DNA from: an uncultured Candidatus Saccharibacteria bacterium
GTDB lineage: Bacteria; Patescibacteriota; Minisyncoccia; Phycocordibacterales; XYD1-FULL-46-19
Assembly (NCBI GenBank): GCA_964510655.1
Contig: CAZEAY010000001.1
Location: forward strand, 164,944-228,943
Length of the DNA: 64,000 bases
Reading direction: 5' to 3'
A program made the position numbers and the translations under genes. Of the stretch, positions 8,956 to 16,370 are shown piece by piece; position 1 is the first letter of the stretch, and each line of letters opens with the position of its first letter. The notes below the pieces were generated by a model. That model had not been told where the DNA came from. It was given only the letters and a program-made list of their open reading frames with translations, and searched no databases.

Positions 8956-10068
8956 TTGTCATTTATGGATCTACAAAAAAAGATAAGAAATTTTTTCATC
9001 CCAACTCTGCAGAACCAACTAAGTCCTTATTCCTTAAGATATAAGACCTTGGTCTTTGTAGCGGTCCTGGCGGTGGCGATTGAGTTGTTGTTCTATGCTT
9101 ACGTTAATACAGCCTTCAAGCAAAATCTTTTACTCGGTAATATTATTGACAGTATTCAAACGACAGTGGCCGATGTTTTGCCTCAAGTTATTGCTGATGA
9201 GACAAACAACAATCGTCTTGCCAACAATGAGCCGCCACTCAAAAATAATCTTTACCTAACGATGGCGGCTAGGCTGAAGGTGGATGATATGGTAAAGAAA
9301 GGGTATTTTTCTCATCAGGGGCCAGATGGGAGTATGGCTTGGAATTGGATGGATAAGGTTAATTATTCTTATTCCTATGCAGGAGAAAACTTAGCGGTGA
9401 ATTTTTTTGACGCTCGTGACGTGGTTAGTGCTTGGATGAAATCTCCCACCCATCGAGAAAATATTTTAAGTCCTCATTTTACTGAAGTGGGGATTGCGGC
9501 TGCCCGTGGTGTTTGGGAGGGTAAAGAGACCGTCTTTGTTGTCCAAATGTTTGGTGCGCCTCCTGCTCCTGATAATATTTCTACTGGCTTGGCTAAAAAT
9601 GCGACTCCGCCTAAGATTTATAAAAAACCAGCCGAGTCCTCTCCAGTTGCGGTTTCTACCTCTAGTGTTAGTACTTCAACGGCTGTTACTCATTTAGCTG
9701 TTGCTACCTCTACAGTTATGGCAACATCGGTAGTTAACGGTGCCATTATACCAGGCAAAAGTCTTACCACTGTTCAAAAATGGTTAGTATCACCTCGTCA
9801 CTTGGCGAGAGATGCTTATATCGTTTTAATGATTTATATGTCTTTAGTCCTATTGATTCCAATGTTTATGATTTATCACCGTCATGTATCGGCTAGTCAA
9901 TGGCTGAGGTTCAAAGAAATATTTATTTTGTTCCGTCGCCCAATCACCTCGGCTCTTGTTACCTTCATCTTCATTTCATTGGCAATGTACCTAAACTATG
10001 CCTGGGGTAAGGCTGGTTCCAGTGTCCATAATATGTTTATTGAGGTGGGGGTATCCAAACAAATATAA
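8956..10068 (+). CDS. CAP (SCP/PR-1, YkwD-like) domain protein with membrane anchors
   Basis: LYLTMAARLKVDDMVKKGYFSHQGPDGSMAWNWM...AGENLAVNF...AWMKSPTHRENILSPHFTEVGIAAA; hydrophobic N- and C-terminal segments. Confidence 0.75.
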   Translation: MSFMDLQKKIRNFFIPTLQNQLSPYSLRYKTLVFVAVLAVAIELLFYAYVNTAFKQNLLLGNIIDSIQTTVADVLPQVIADETNNNRLANNEPPLKNNLYLTMAARLKVDDMVKKGYFSHQGPDGSMAWNWMDKVNYSYSYAGENLAVNFFDARDVVSAWMKSPTHRENILSPHFTEVGIAAARGVWEGKETVFVVQMFGAPPAPDNISTGLAKNATPPKIYKKPAESSPVAVSTSSVSTSTAVTHLAVATSTVMATSVVNGAIIPGKSLTTVQKWLVSPRHLARDAYIVLMIYMSLVLLIPMFMIYHRHVSASQWLRFKEIFILFRRPITSALVTFIFISLAMYLNYAWGKAGSSVHNMFIEVGVSKQI

Positions 10069-10112
10069 TAGGAGTATTATATAAACAATGGTTAATTTAA
10101 AGTATCACTAAT

Positions 10113-10487
10113 ATGGCTAAAAAAATCTTAATTGTTGACGATGATCCAAATATTACCGATGTTTATTCGATGAAATTTGCGGCTGATGGATATACTGTCG
10201 AGGTGGCTCCTAATACTAAAGAAGGTGAGGGAAAGATTGCCGGGGGCTATATTCCTGATTTGATTTTGTTGGATATCATTATGCCGGGTGATAATGGAAT
10301 TCAACTATTAGAACGTTTAGTTAAAAATCCTGTTTTAGCTAATACTAAAATTGTCATTTTCTCTAACTTAGATCAGCGAGCGGATATCGATGAAGAGATT
10401 GTAAAGAAGATTGCCGGTTACTATCTAAAGGTAAATATGATTCCTTCTGATATGTCTAAGAAAATTGCCGAGGTCTTGGCTGATTAA
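10113..10487 (+). CDS. orphan single-domain response regulator
   Basis: KILIVDDDPNITDVYSMKFAADGYTV...LILLDIIMPGDNGIQLLERL...KIVIFSNL. Confidence 0.85.
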   Translation: MAKKILIVDDDPNITDVYSMKFAADGYTVEVAPNTKEGEGKIAGGYIPDLILLDIIMPGDNGIQLLERLVKNPVLANTKIVIFSNLDQRADIDEEIVKKIAGYYLKVNMIPSDMSKKIAEVLAD

Positions 10488-10538
10488 ATTAAATAAAAAA
10501 AAATATTTTAGAAAACTGAAATCTCTTATAAAAAGATA

Positions 10539-10573
10539 ACCCCCAGATTGCTCAGTGCCGTCTGGGGGTTTCA
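10539..10573. terminator. bidirectional hairpin between convergent genes
   Basis: aacccccaga-ttgctcagtgccg-tctgggggtt; T-run follows on the minus strand. Confidence 0.65.
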
Positions 10574-10575
10574 TA

Positions 10576-11229
10576 TTAGGACTCTTCATGGTCATGAAGC
10601 AGGGTTGATCTTTGGATTGCCCGTTGAATGGCGAGCCAAACTTCTTCCTTGCTGTCCTCGGAGTTTATCGAGTGGAAGTGTTGGGGTAGACGACCGCGCA
10701 GGTGGTCCAACATAGGTACGGTTTGAGTTTGATAGACTGCCCACCGTTTCTCCCATTTTTCGAGGGTGTCGTCTGAACGCCGCTCTTCTCCTTGTTTGCC
10801 TCGATTAAGGCACCTCATCTGTGAGGTCTCTTTCGAAATAACCAGAGAGAGAACGATTGGAGAAAGCATTCTTTCTCGATCAGAATACTCACAAATTCTC
10901 AATGCCTGAAGCACTGTTCGGGGACAGCCGTTTAGAATAACTGTTCCCTTGGTCTTTGCCACTTCATTGAAAACTTGCTCCAAAATGGTTTGGTCGGGTA
11001 TTAAGCCCCCACTGCTCGCTAATTGGACCAAGTCGGGTATGCGTCGACATATGTCGCCAGTTCCGATGTAGTGTGAGCCCTTGGTCCAACTCACCAACTT
11101 CTTCTTCCCATGCTCATCTTTCCCGGCGCCGGGACCACCCTCCAAAATGACGAAGCGGCGCCCAATATTAATTATTGGCGGCGCCTCCACGGTTATCGCT
11201 GTAAAAGATTGCAATATCCTCCACCTCAA
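10576..11229 (-). CDS. adenylate-kinase-family (NMP kinase-like) protein, GC-rich cassette, divergent P-loop
   Basis: RRFVILEGGPGAGKDE (P-loop with GKDE instead of GKGT), IGTGDICRR, GGLIPDQTIL, VILNGCPRT (like LLDGFPRT); no ATG at the 5' end (TTG or other start); GC visibly about 50%. Confidence 0.6.
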   Translation of the reverse strand: MRWRILQSFTAITVEAPPIINIGRRFVILEGGPGAGKDEHGKKKLVSWTKGSHYIGTGDICRRIPDLVQLASSGGLIPDQTILEQVFNEVAKTKGTVILNGCPRTVLQALRICEYSDRERMLSPIVLSLVISKETSQMRCLNRGKQGEERRSDDTLEKWEKRWAVYQTQTVPMLDHLRGRLPQHFHSINSEDSKEEVWLAIQRAIQRSTLLHDHEES

Positions 11230-11523
11230 CTTTCTGCAAAGATCGTGGGATATAAAATACGGTTATCACCGTATTAGTCCGTTCATTATTTTATCGTTTT
11301 TGAAAAAGTTGTCAAATTTTAATTAGTGAAAATATGGCTTAATGAAGGCGTATAATTAATAGTATGTGGTCACTAATAAAATAATTACCGTCTCTTGTCG
11401 TGGTCAGGAATATTTTACTCGCCGTCGCTCGTAAAATTTCACGAAGCCTCTCGGCACGATTTACTAATCGCCTGCCTCGTGGTTTTGTGTGCTCACAAAA
11501 CATCATTCCGGCTTCCACATATT

Positions 11524-11556
11524 AAAAAAATCCGAAGCAGTTCGGATTTTTTTAAT
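11524..11556 (-). terminator. terminator downstream of tRNA-Ala(UGC)
   Basis: tccgaa-gcag-ttcgga hairpin flanked by A7/T7 runs. Confidence 0.65.
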
Positions 11557-11559
11557 ATG

Positions 11560-11630
11560 TGGACCCTAGGAGAATCGGACTCCTATCTCCCGGATGCAAA
11601 CCGGGTGCTCTACCACTAAGCTAAGGGCCC
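11560..11630 (-). tRNA. tRNA-Ala (anticodon UGC)
   Basis: reverse complement GGGCCCTTAGCTTAGTGGTAGAGCACCCGGTTTGCATCCGGGAGATAGGAGTCCGATTCTCCTAGGGTCCA folds as a cloverleaf; G3:U70 Ala identity pair; 7-nt anticodon loop TTTGCAT; CCA not encoded. Confidence 0.85.
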
Positions 11631-11911
11631 CTAAAACATTTTTTACTAAAAATGTTCGGGCGATCATTTAAATTACTATTTAAATGATTTAGCCAAACAT
11701 TTCTCTGAATACTACCTTAAAATGACTCTAAAATCAAAGAAGAATATTATTTTTTCTTCTCATTATAATGCTCTTTTAAAAAGAGAAATGGAAACCAGAG
11801 TATAAATAGAATGCTTTCTAATTCGAATTTCATTATCTGAATTTAGCAGAGGTAATCTTAAGAAGCAAATTATTTTATAGGGTTTATTTTGCTTTATTGA
11901 TTATTTGAGTA

Positions 11912-11955
11912 AAATAAAGGCCCCTGATGATGTGTTATACCACCAAGGGCCTTCT
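11912..11955 (-). terminator. intrinsic terminator for the 11962..12390 cassette
   Basis: aaggccc...gggcctt stem followed on the minus strand by TTTATTTT. Confidence 0.5.
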
Positions 11956-11961
11956 GTGAAG

Positions 11962-12390
11962 TTAAATCATGGATCTGATTTGGATTATATGAGCAGATCT
12001 GCTCAGACGTCCATACCCACAATCAACTTCGATTTTGTCGCCGACTTCGATATGATCGAAAAGTTCCTTGTTGACTTTGGTGTAGATATCCACACTGTCA
12101 ATTTTGAAACCAATTCGATACGATTCTTTGCGGCGCATCGGAACGAGAACTTTTCCGGTGTGAAGATAGATTATGCCAGCAGGGGACACATGCTTATCTT
12201 CAACCACCGTAATGACGGTTCTCCCCCGGTCTATTCCAACAGTATCAACCAGATCGAAGGCGAATAGCGCCAAACCTCCAAGCAGTGCGAGTGTTAACAT
12301 CAGCACCGTTGCGGCTACAAATCGATCTAGTAGTGTCGAGTGGCGTGAAAAAACAGCAATCCAGAGATCATTCCACATGTCTTTAATCAT
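11962..12390 (-). CDS. GC-rich cassette: membrane-anchored hypothetical protein (143 aa)
   Basis: ATG (MIKDMWND) preceded by AAGGGAGGG SD; N-terminal TM helix then beta-rich domain; perfect sigma70 promoter upstream. Confidence 0.55.
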   Translation of the reverse strand: MIKDMWNDLWIAVFSRHSTLLDRFVAATVLMLTLALLGGLALFAFDLVDTVGIDRGRTVITVVEDKHVSPAGIIYLHTGKVLVPMRRKESYRIGFKIDSVDIYTKVNKELFDHIEVGDKIEVDCGYGRLSRSAHIIQIRSMI

Positions 12391-12446
12391 GGTCAGACCC
12401 TCCCTTGTTTCTTTCGGAGATAGTTTGTGAATTTTCACCTTTTTAG

Positions 12447-12475
12447 ATTATAGCAAATATTTCACTAATTGTCAA
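12447..12475 (-). promoter_or_regulatory. consensus sigma70 promoter TTGACA-17-TATAAT
   Basis: minus-strand tTTGACAattagtgaaatatttgcTATAATc, about 50 nt upstream of the SD/ATG of the 11962..12390 gene. Confidence 0.65.
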
Positions 12476-12706
12476 ATATTCATCTTATAAAAAAGTTTTA
12501 GAAATTTACCCCCCTATTCAGGGTTTGATGCAATAATCTTTGCTCTGCTTTAGTGTAATTTTTTTTGTGACCCCACCAGGAGTCTTTCCTTACAGGAACA
12601 GTACAGCTTTCCCATTTGTTCGTTTATCTACTCACAAATATGGGAGAAGCTTTTCGACTTCCGGACGTAAGCAAAGCAGTTTGCTTACTTAAGTTCACTG
12701 AACAAA

Positions 12707-12740
12707 AATAGCAGCTATTACAGCTGCTATTTTTTACCAG
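12707..12740. terminator. bidirectional hairpin downstream of tRNA-Ala(GGC)
   Basis: aatagcagct-attac-agctgctatt flanked by A and T runs. Confidence 0.6.
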
Positions 12741-12811
12741 TGGACCTACCGGGAGTTGAACCCGGACCTGTTCCATGCCATGGAACCGTTCTACCGCTAT
12801 ACTATAGGCCC
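12741..12811 (-). tRNA. tRNA-Ala (anticodon GGC)
   Basis: reverse complement GGGCCTATAGTATAGCGGTAGAACGGTTCCATGGCATGGAACAGGTCCGGGTTCAACTCCCGGTAGGTCCA; G3:U70; T-stem CCGGG/CCCGG with loop TTCAACT; anticodon loop ATGGCAT. Confidence 0.8.
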
Positions 12812-12890
12812 TAAAAATAACAGTATTTACTATAACATATTTATTTAAATTTAAAAGTTTTTAGGGGATCTTTTCTTTTAACTTTTTTCT

Positions 12891-12934
12891 GTCCCAATAG
12901 TTTGGACGACCGTCCAAACTATTGGGACATTTTT
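12891..12934 (+). repeat. perfect 18-bp-arm palindrome plus T-run (terminator-like or operator-like)
   Basis: gtcccaatagtttggacg-ac-cgtccaaactattgggac then ATTTTT; no upstream plus-strand gene to terminate. Confidence 0.6.
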
Positions 12935-12980
12935 AATTAGTAATTTGATAAAGTGTCGTAAATTTGTTAAATTTAACACT

Positions 12981-13211
12981 ATGTTTAAAGAATTTTTAAT
13001 GAAAAAGATGTTGAAGGCTAAGGGGGTGCCAGAGGATCAAATTGATATGGTTATGACTTTGGTGGAAAAAAATCCCGCTTTGTTCACTAAAATATCCGAA
13101 GAAATCCAAGCTAAAATAAAAGGTGGTCAGGATCAGATGCAGGCTAGTATGGAAGTGATGTCTAAGTATAAAGATGAGGTACAGAAGATAATGGCTGAGA
13201 TAAAACAATAA
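12981..13211 (+). CDS. hypothetical small helical protein
   Basis: MFKEFLMKKMLKAKGVPEDQIDMVMTLVEKNPALF...; start ambiguous (12945, 12981 or 12999). Confidence 0.35.
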   Translation: MFKEFLMKKMLKAKGVPEDQIDMVMTLVEKNPALFTKISEEIQAKIKGGQDQMQASMEVMSKYKDEVQKIMAEIKQ

Positions 13212-13215
13212 TTCT

Positions 13216-14304
13216 ATGTCCTTAAGTATTGGCATTGTCGGGTTACCTAATGTCGGTAAATCCACCCTATTTAATGCGTTAACGCGCAAAAAAGTTCCGG
13301 CGGAGAATTATCCGTTTTGCACCATCGATCCATCGGTGGGTATTGTGGCTGTACCTGATGAACGAGTGGATATATTAAATGTTTTTTCTAAGTCGGCTAA
13401 GAAAATTCCCGCCGCCATTGAATTTGTGGATATTGCTGGTTTAGTCAAAGGAGCCGCCGAAGGCGAAGGTTTGGGTAACAAGTTTCTGTCTCATATTCGT
13501 GAGGTAGATGCTATCGCTGAAGTAGTTAGAATTTTCAAGGACGGAAATATTACTCATGTTTCCAATGAAGTAAATCCTATTGACGATATTGAGACTATCA
13601 ATCTGGAGCTTATCTTGGCTGACTTACAAACTGTTTCAAAACGTTTGGCTAATCTCTCTCATGACACTAAGAGGGGAGATAAAAAGGCAATGTTGGAAAG
13701 TGAATTTACTGCTCGTCTCCAAAAAGTTTTAGAGGAGGGAAAGATGGCTTCTACGATAAAAGATGAATTAACTGATGATGAAAAAATATATTTTCACAAT
13801 TTACATCTATTGTCCGGTAAGCCGATTTTATATGTATTGAATAAAAAAAGTGGAGCAGAACTGGTAGATACTGCACCCCTACTGAAATACTTAGCTGATT
13901 TAGGCGCCAATTACTGTTATGTTGATGCTCGAATTGAGCAGGAATTGTCTGATTTTGAAGGTGAAGAAAGAAAAATGTTTAAGGCTGAACTGGGGGCGAC
14001 CGATGATGATGGAATTGATAAATTGATCACAGAAAGCTATAAGATGCTCGATCTAATTACTTTTTTAACAACAGGAGAGGATGAAACGCGGGCTTGGACT
14101 ATTAAAAAAGGCTCGACGGCACCAGTAGCTGGGGGAGCGATTCATACAGATTTTACGGAAAAATTTATTAAAGCAGAAGTAGTTTTTTGGAAAGATTTAA
14201 TTGAAGCTGGATCGTATGGTTCGGCTCGTGAAAAAGGTTTGGTTCGAACAGAAGGAAAAGAATACATAGTTAAAGATGGGGACGTTATAGAGTTTAAGAT
14301 TTAA
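13216..14304 (+). CDS. ychF: ribosome-binding ATPase YchF (Obg-family GTPase)
   Basis: IGIVGLPNVGKSTLFNALT, NYPFCTIDPSVGIVAVPDERVD, DIAGLVKGAAEGEGLGNKFL, C-terminal TGS-like VIEFKI. Confidence 0.9.
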   Translation: MSLSIGIVGLPNVGKSTLFNALTRKKVPAENYPFCTIDPSVGIVAVPDERVDILNVFSKSAKKIPAAIEFVDIAGLVKGAAEGEGLGNKFLSHIREVDAIAEVVRIFKDGNITHVSNEVNPIDDIETINLELILADLQTVSKRLANLSHDTKRGDKKAMLESEFTARLQKVLEEGKMASTIKDELTDDEKIYFHNLHLLSGKPILYVLNKKSGAELVDTAPLLKYLADLGANYCYVDARIEQELSDFEGEERKMFKAELGATDDDGIDKLITESYKMLDLITFLTTGEDETRAWTIKKGSTAPVAGGAIHTDFTEKFIKAEVVFWKDLIEAGSYGSAREKGLVRTEGKEYIVKDGDVIEFKI

Positions 14305-14362
14305 ATTATTGACTTTTATCATATAAGTGATATAATTAAAAATAGATTGGAGTCAACTCACC

Positions 14363-14641
14363 ATGGATAAAAACTCGAAATGGATGGCTATTTCGGGAAT
14401 TACTGGACTATCATTCTTTTTGATCGCAAACTTTACGAATGTCTTCACGGGTTCAAGTGTTCTCGCGGGTTGTCTACAACTTTGTGTGAATGCATTTGTG
14501 TTCGTGACTTGGAAGAAATCATTCGTACAAAGTAGAGGGTTCAAAAAGTTTGTTGCATTCTTTGGAATTGTAGTGCCGTGTGTCATGGCAAGCATTACAA
14601 TCTGGAGAGTGCTGATTCCAGCCATTCTTCGTCTAGATTAA
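14363..14641 (+). CDS. hypothetical small membrane protein
   Basis: two or three hydrophobic helices; own terminator. Confidence 0.4.
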   Translation: MDKNSKWMAISGITGLSFFLIANFTNVFTGSSVLAGCLQLCVNAFVFVTWKKSFVQSRGFKKFVAFFGIVVPCVMASITIWRVLIPAILRLD

Positions 14642-14686
14642 CCCCGCAAAATCTCAAAGTAGATTTGTGGGGTTTTTGTTTTTTAG
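14642..14686 (+). terminator. intrinsic terminator
   Basis: ccccgcaaaatct / agatttgtgggg stem then TTTTTGTTTTTT. Confidence 0.75.
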
Positions 14687-14798
14687 TTTCTTATCTAAAA
14701 TTTTGACAAATAGTATTATGGATAGTGATTAATTCCAATATTTAAAAAAACAGACCCCTTTGCTGAAGCATTGGGGTCTGAAGAAGGTTCAGTGGTGG

Positions 14799-15437
14799 TC
14801 ATTTGGTGCCGAACACACGGTCTCCTGCATCTCCCAGACCAGGGAGAATGTAGGCCTGTTCGTTCAGTTTGCGATCAATGGTTGCAGCAATGATCTGAAC
14901 AGAGGGATAAGTGCTTTGAATCTCCTTGATTCCCTCAGGCGCTGCGATAATGCAGAGGAAGGTGATTTTTTTGCACCCCCATTCTGCTACTTGCGAGATC
15001 GCGCTCTTGGCTGAGCCGCCGGTAGCCAGCATGATGTCGAAAATCAGCGAGTGATGATTATCGAGCACCCGTTCGACTGTCGGTTGTGGATAGTAGCGTT
15101 GGGGTTGGTGTCCATTGGCATCATCACGGAACATGCCGAGATGATACACTGGGGATTCTGGGAAGAGGATTCTTGCTGGTGGAATCATTTCCATTCCCGC
15201 ACGCATGATTGGTATCAGGGCGATGTTTTCCGCTACCCGATACCCATCTGTCACCTCCAGAGGTGTTTCCACCTGTCCAGTTTGGATCTCGATATAGCGC
15301 AGAGCTTCGAAAAGTAACGGGACGCTGATTTCGCGGATCAGATGGGCAAAACGGTCAGAGGGCGTGTCTTTGTTTCGCAGTGCGGTCAGCATGAGTTGAA
15401 TTGCCCTGTGCCCAGAGAGATTAATCACGCGATTCAT
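14799..15437 (-). CDS. upp: uracil phosphoribosyltransferase (GC-rich relative to neighbours)
   Basis: FDIMLATGGSA (like DPMLATGGS), ILPGLGDAGDRVFGTK (like IPGLGDAGDKIFGTK), PIMRAGMEM; GGAAGGAG SD upstream. Confidence 0.9.
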   Translation of the reverse strand: MNRVINLSGHRAIQLMLTALRNKDTPSDRFAHLIREISVPLLFEALRYIEIQTGQVETPLEVTDGYRVAENIALIPIMRAGMEMIPPARILFPESPVYHLGMFRDDANGHQPQRYYPQPTVERVLDNHHSLIFDIMLATGGSAKSAISQVAEWGCKKITFLCIIAAPEGIKEIQSTYPSVQIIAATIDRKLNEQAYILPGLGDAGDRVFGTK

Positions 15438-15601
15438 TTTTCACGTGCTCCTTCCAAAAAATATAAAAACCTAAGTGGTTCCGTTTAAAACCCTAACATA
15501 TAAGGGTAAGGGTTTCCAGTTTCATAAATCAAAAAATGAAGAATCTTCCTTTTTCCCTTATTTAAGATTATTATATTTAGTATATTAGCTAATTTAATTA
15601 T

Positions 15602-16177
15602 ATGGACCAACTAGACGGCATTAAGCCACGAAAAAACTTCAATGTTTTGAAATGGCTTCTAATTATTAGTATTGTTATTGTTTTGAACCTGTTTTTTAAT
15701 TTTGCGATTATGTCGGTTTATCCGGCTCCTAAATATGAAGATTTTTGTAAAGCTGAACAGGTAAACGTTCAACCGGTCACTAAAGAAGCTTGTGTGGTCA
15801 TTGGTGGGCAGTGGAATGAATCATCTTCGGTGGAAAAAGTTGTTCCTGAAAGAGCCAGTGAACCACAAAAACTCCAAACCAATAGTTATTGTGATACCTC
15901 TTTTACTTGTCGGAAAAACTTTGAAGACGCTAATAATACTTATCAAAGAAATGTTTTTGTTGCCCTGATTGTCTTAGGTGTTATTTCTCTGATTGGCGGA
16001 TTTGTCTTGGCTTCTGTTTCTGTGGTTTCTCTTGGCCTCTCTTTTGGCGGTGTCTTATCCCTAGTAATTGCTTCAATGCGTTACTGGTCAGCGATGAATG
16101 AATATATTAGAGTGATCATTTTGGGAATTGCTCTGATTGTTCTGATCTGGATCGGCATGAAAAAATTTAAGGACTAG
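15602..16177 (+). CDS. hypothetical membrane protein
   Basis: N-terminal TM, Cys-containing extracytoplasmic region, C-terminal TM helices. Confidence 0.45.
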   Translation: MDQLDGIKPRKNFNVLKWLLIISIVIVLNLFFNFAIMSVYPAPKYEDFCKAEQVNVQPVTKEACVVIGGQWNESSSVEKVVPERASEPQKLQTNSYCDTSFTCRKNFEDANNTYQRNVFVALIVLGVISLIGGFVLASVSVVSLGLSFGGVLSLVIASMRYWSAMNEYIRVIILGIALIVLIWIGMKKFKD

Positions 16178-16203
16178 AGGTAATAAAGAATAGAGAATAA
16201 AGA

Positions 16204-16240
16204 ATTTAGAATAAAAAAACCCGGAAGAACTCCTTCCGGG
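16204..16240 (+). terminator. intrinsic terminator (flanked by roughly 20-bp imperfect inverted repeats at 16184-16207 and 16261-16285)
   Basis: aaaaaaacccggaag-aact-ccttccgggttttttt. Confidence 0.8.
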
Positions 16241-16370
16241 TTTTTTTGGTTAATTTTTATGTTCTATATTCTTTATTCTATGATCCTGTTTTATGTCTAG
16301 CCATACTGGTTTTTTTGTTGTAATATACAAGAATACTTTTTAACTTATTAAGTTTTATTTAACAGGATAA

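Noticed and set aside
11395-11619. A 74-aa plus-strand ORF
   Set aside because: It overlaps the minus-strand tRNA-Ala(UGC) and its terminator, so it is a spurious ORF.
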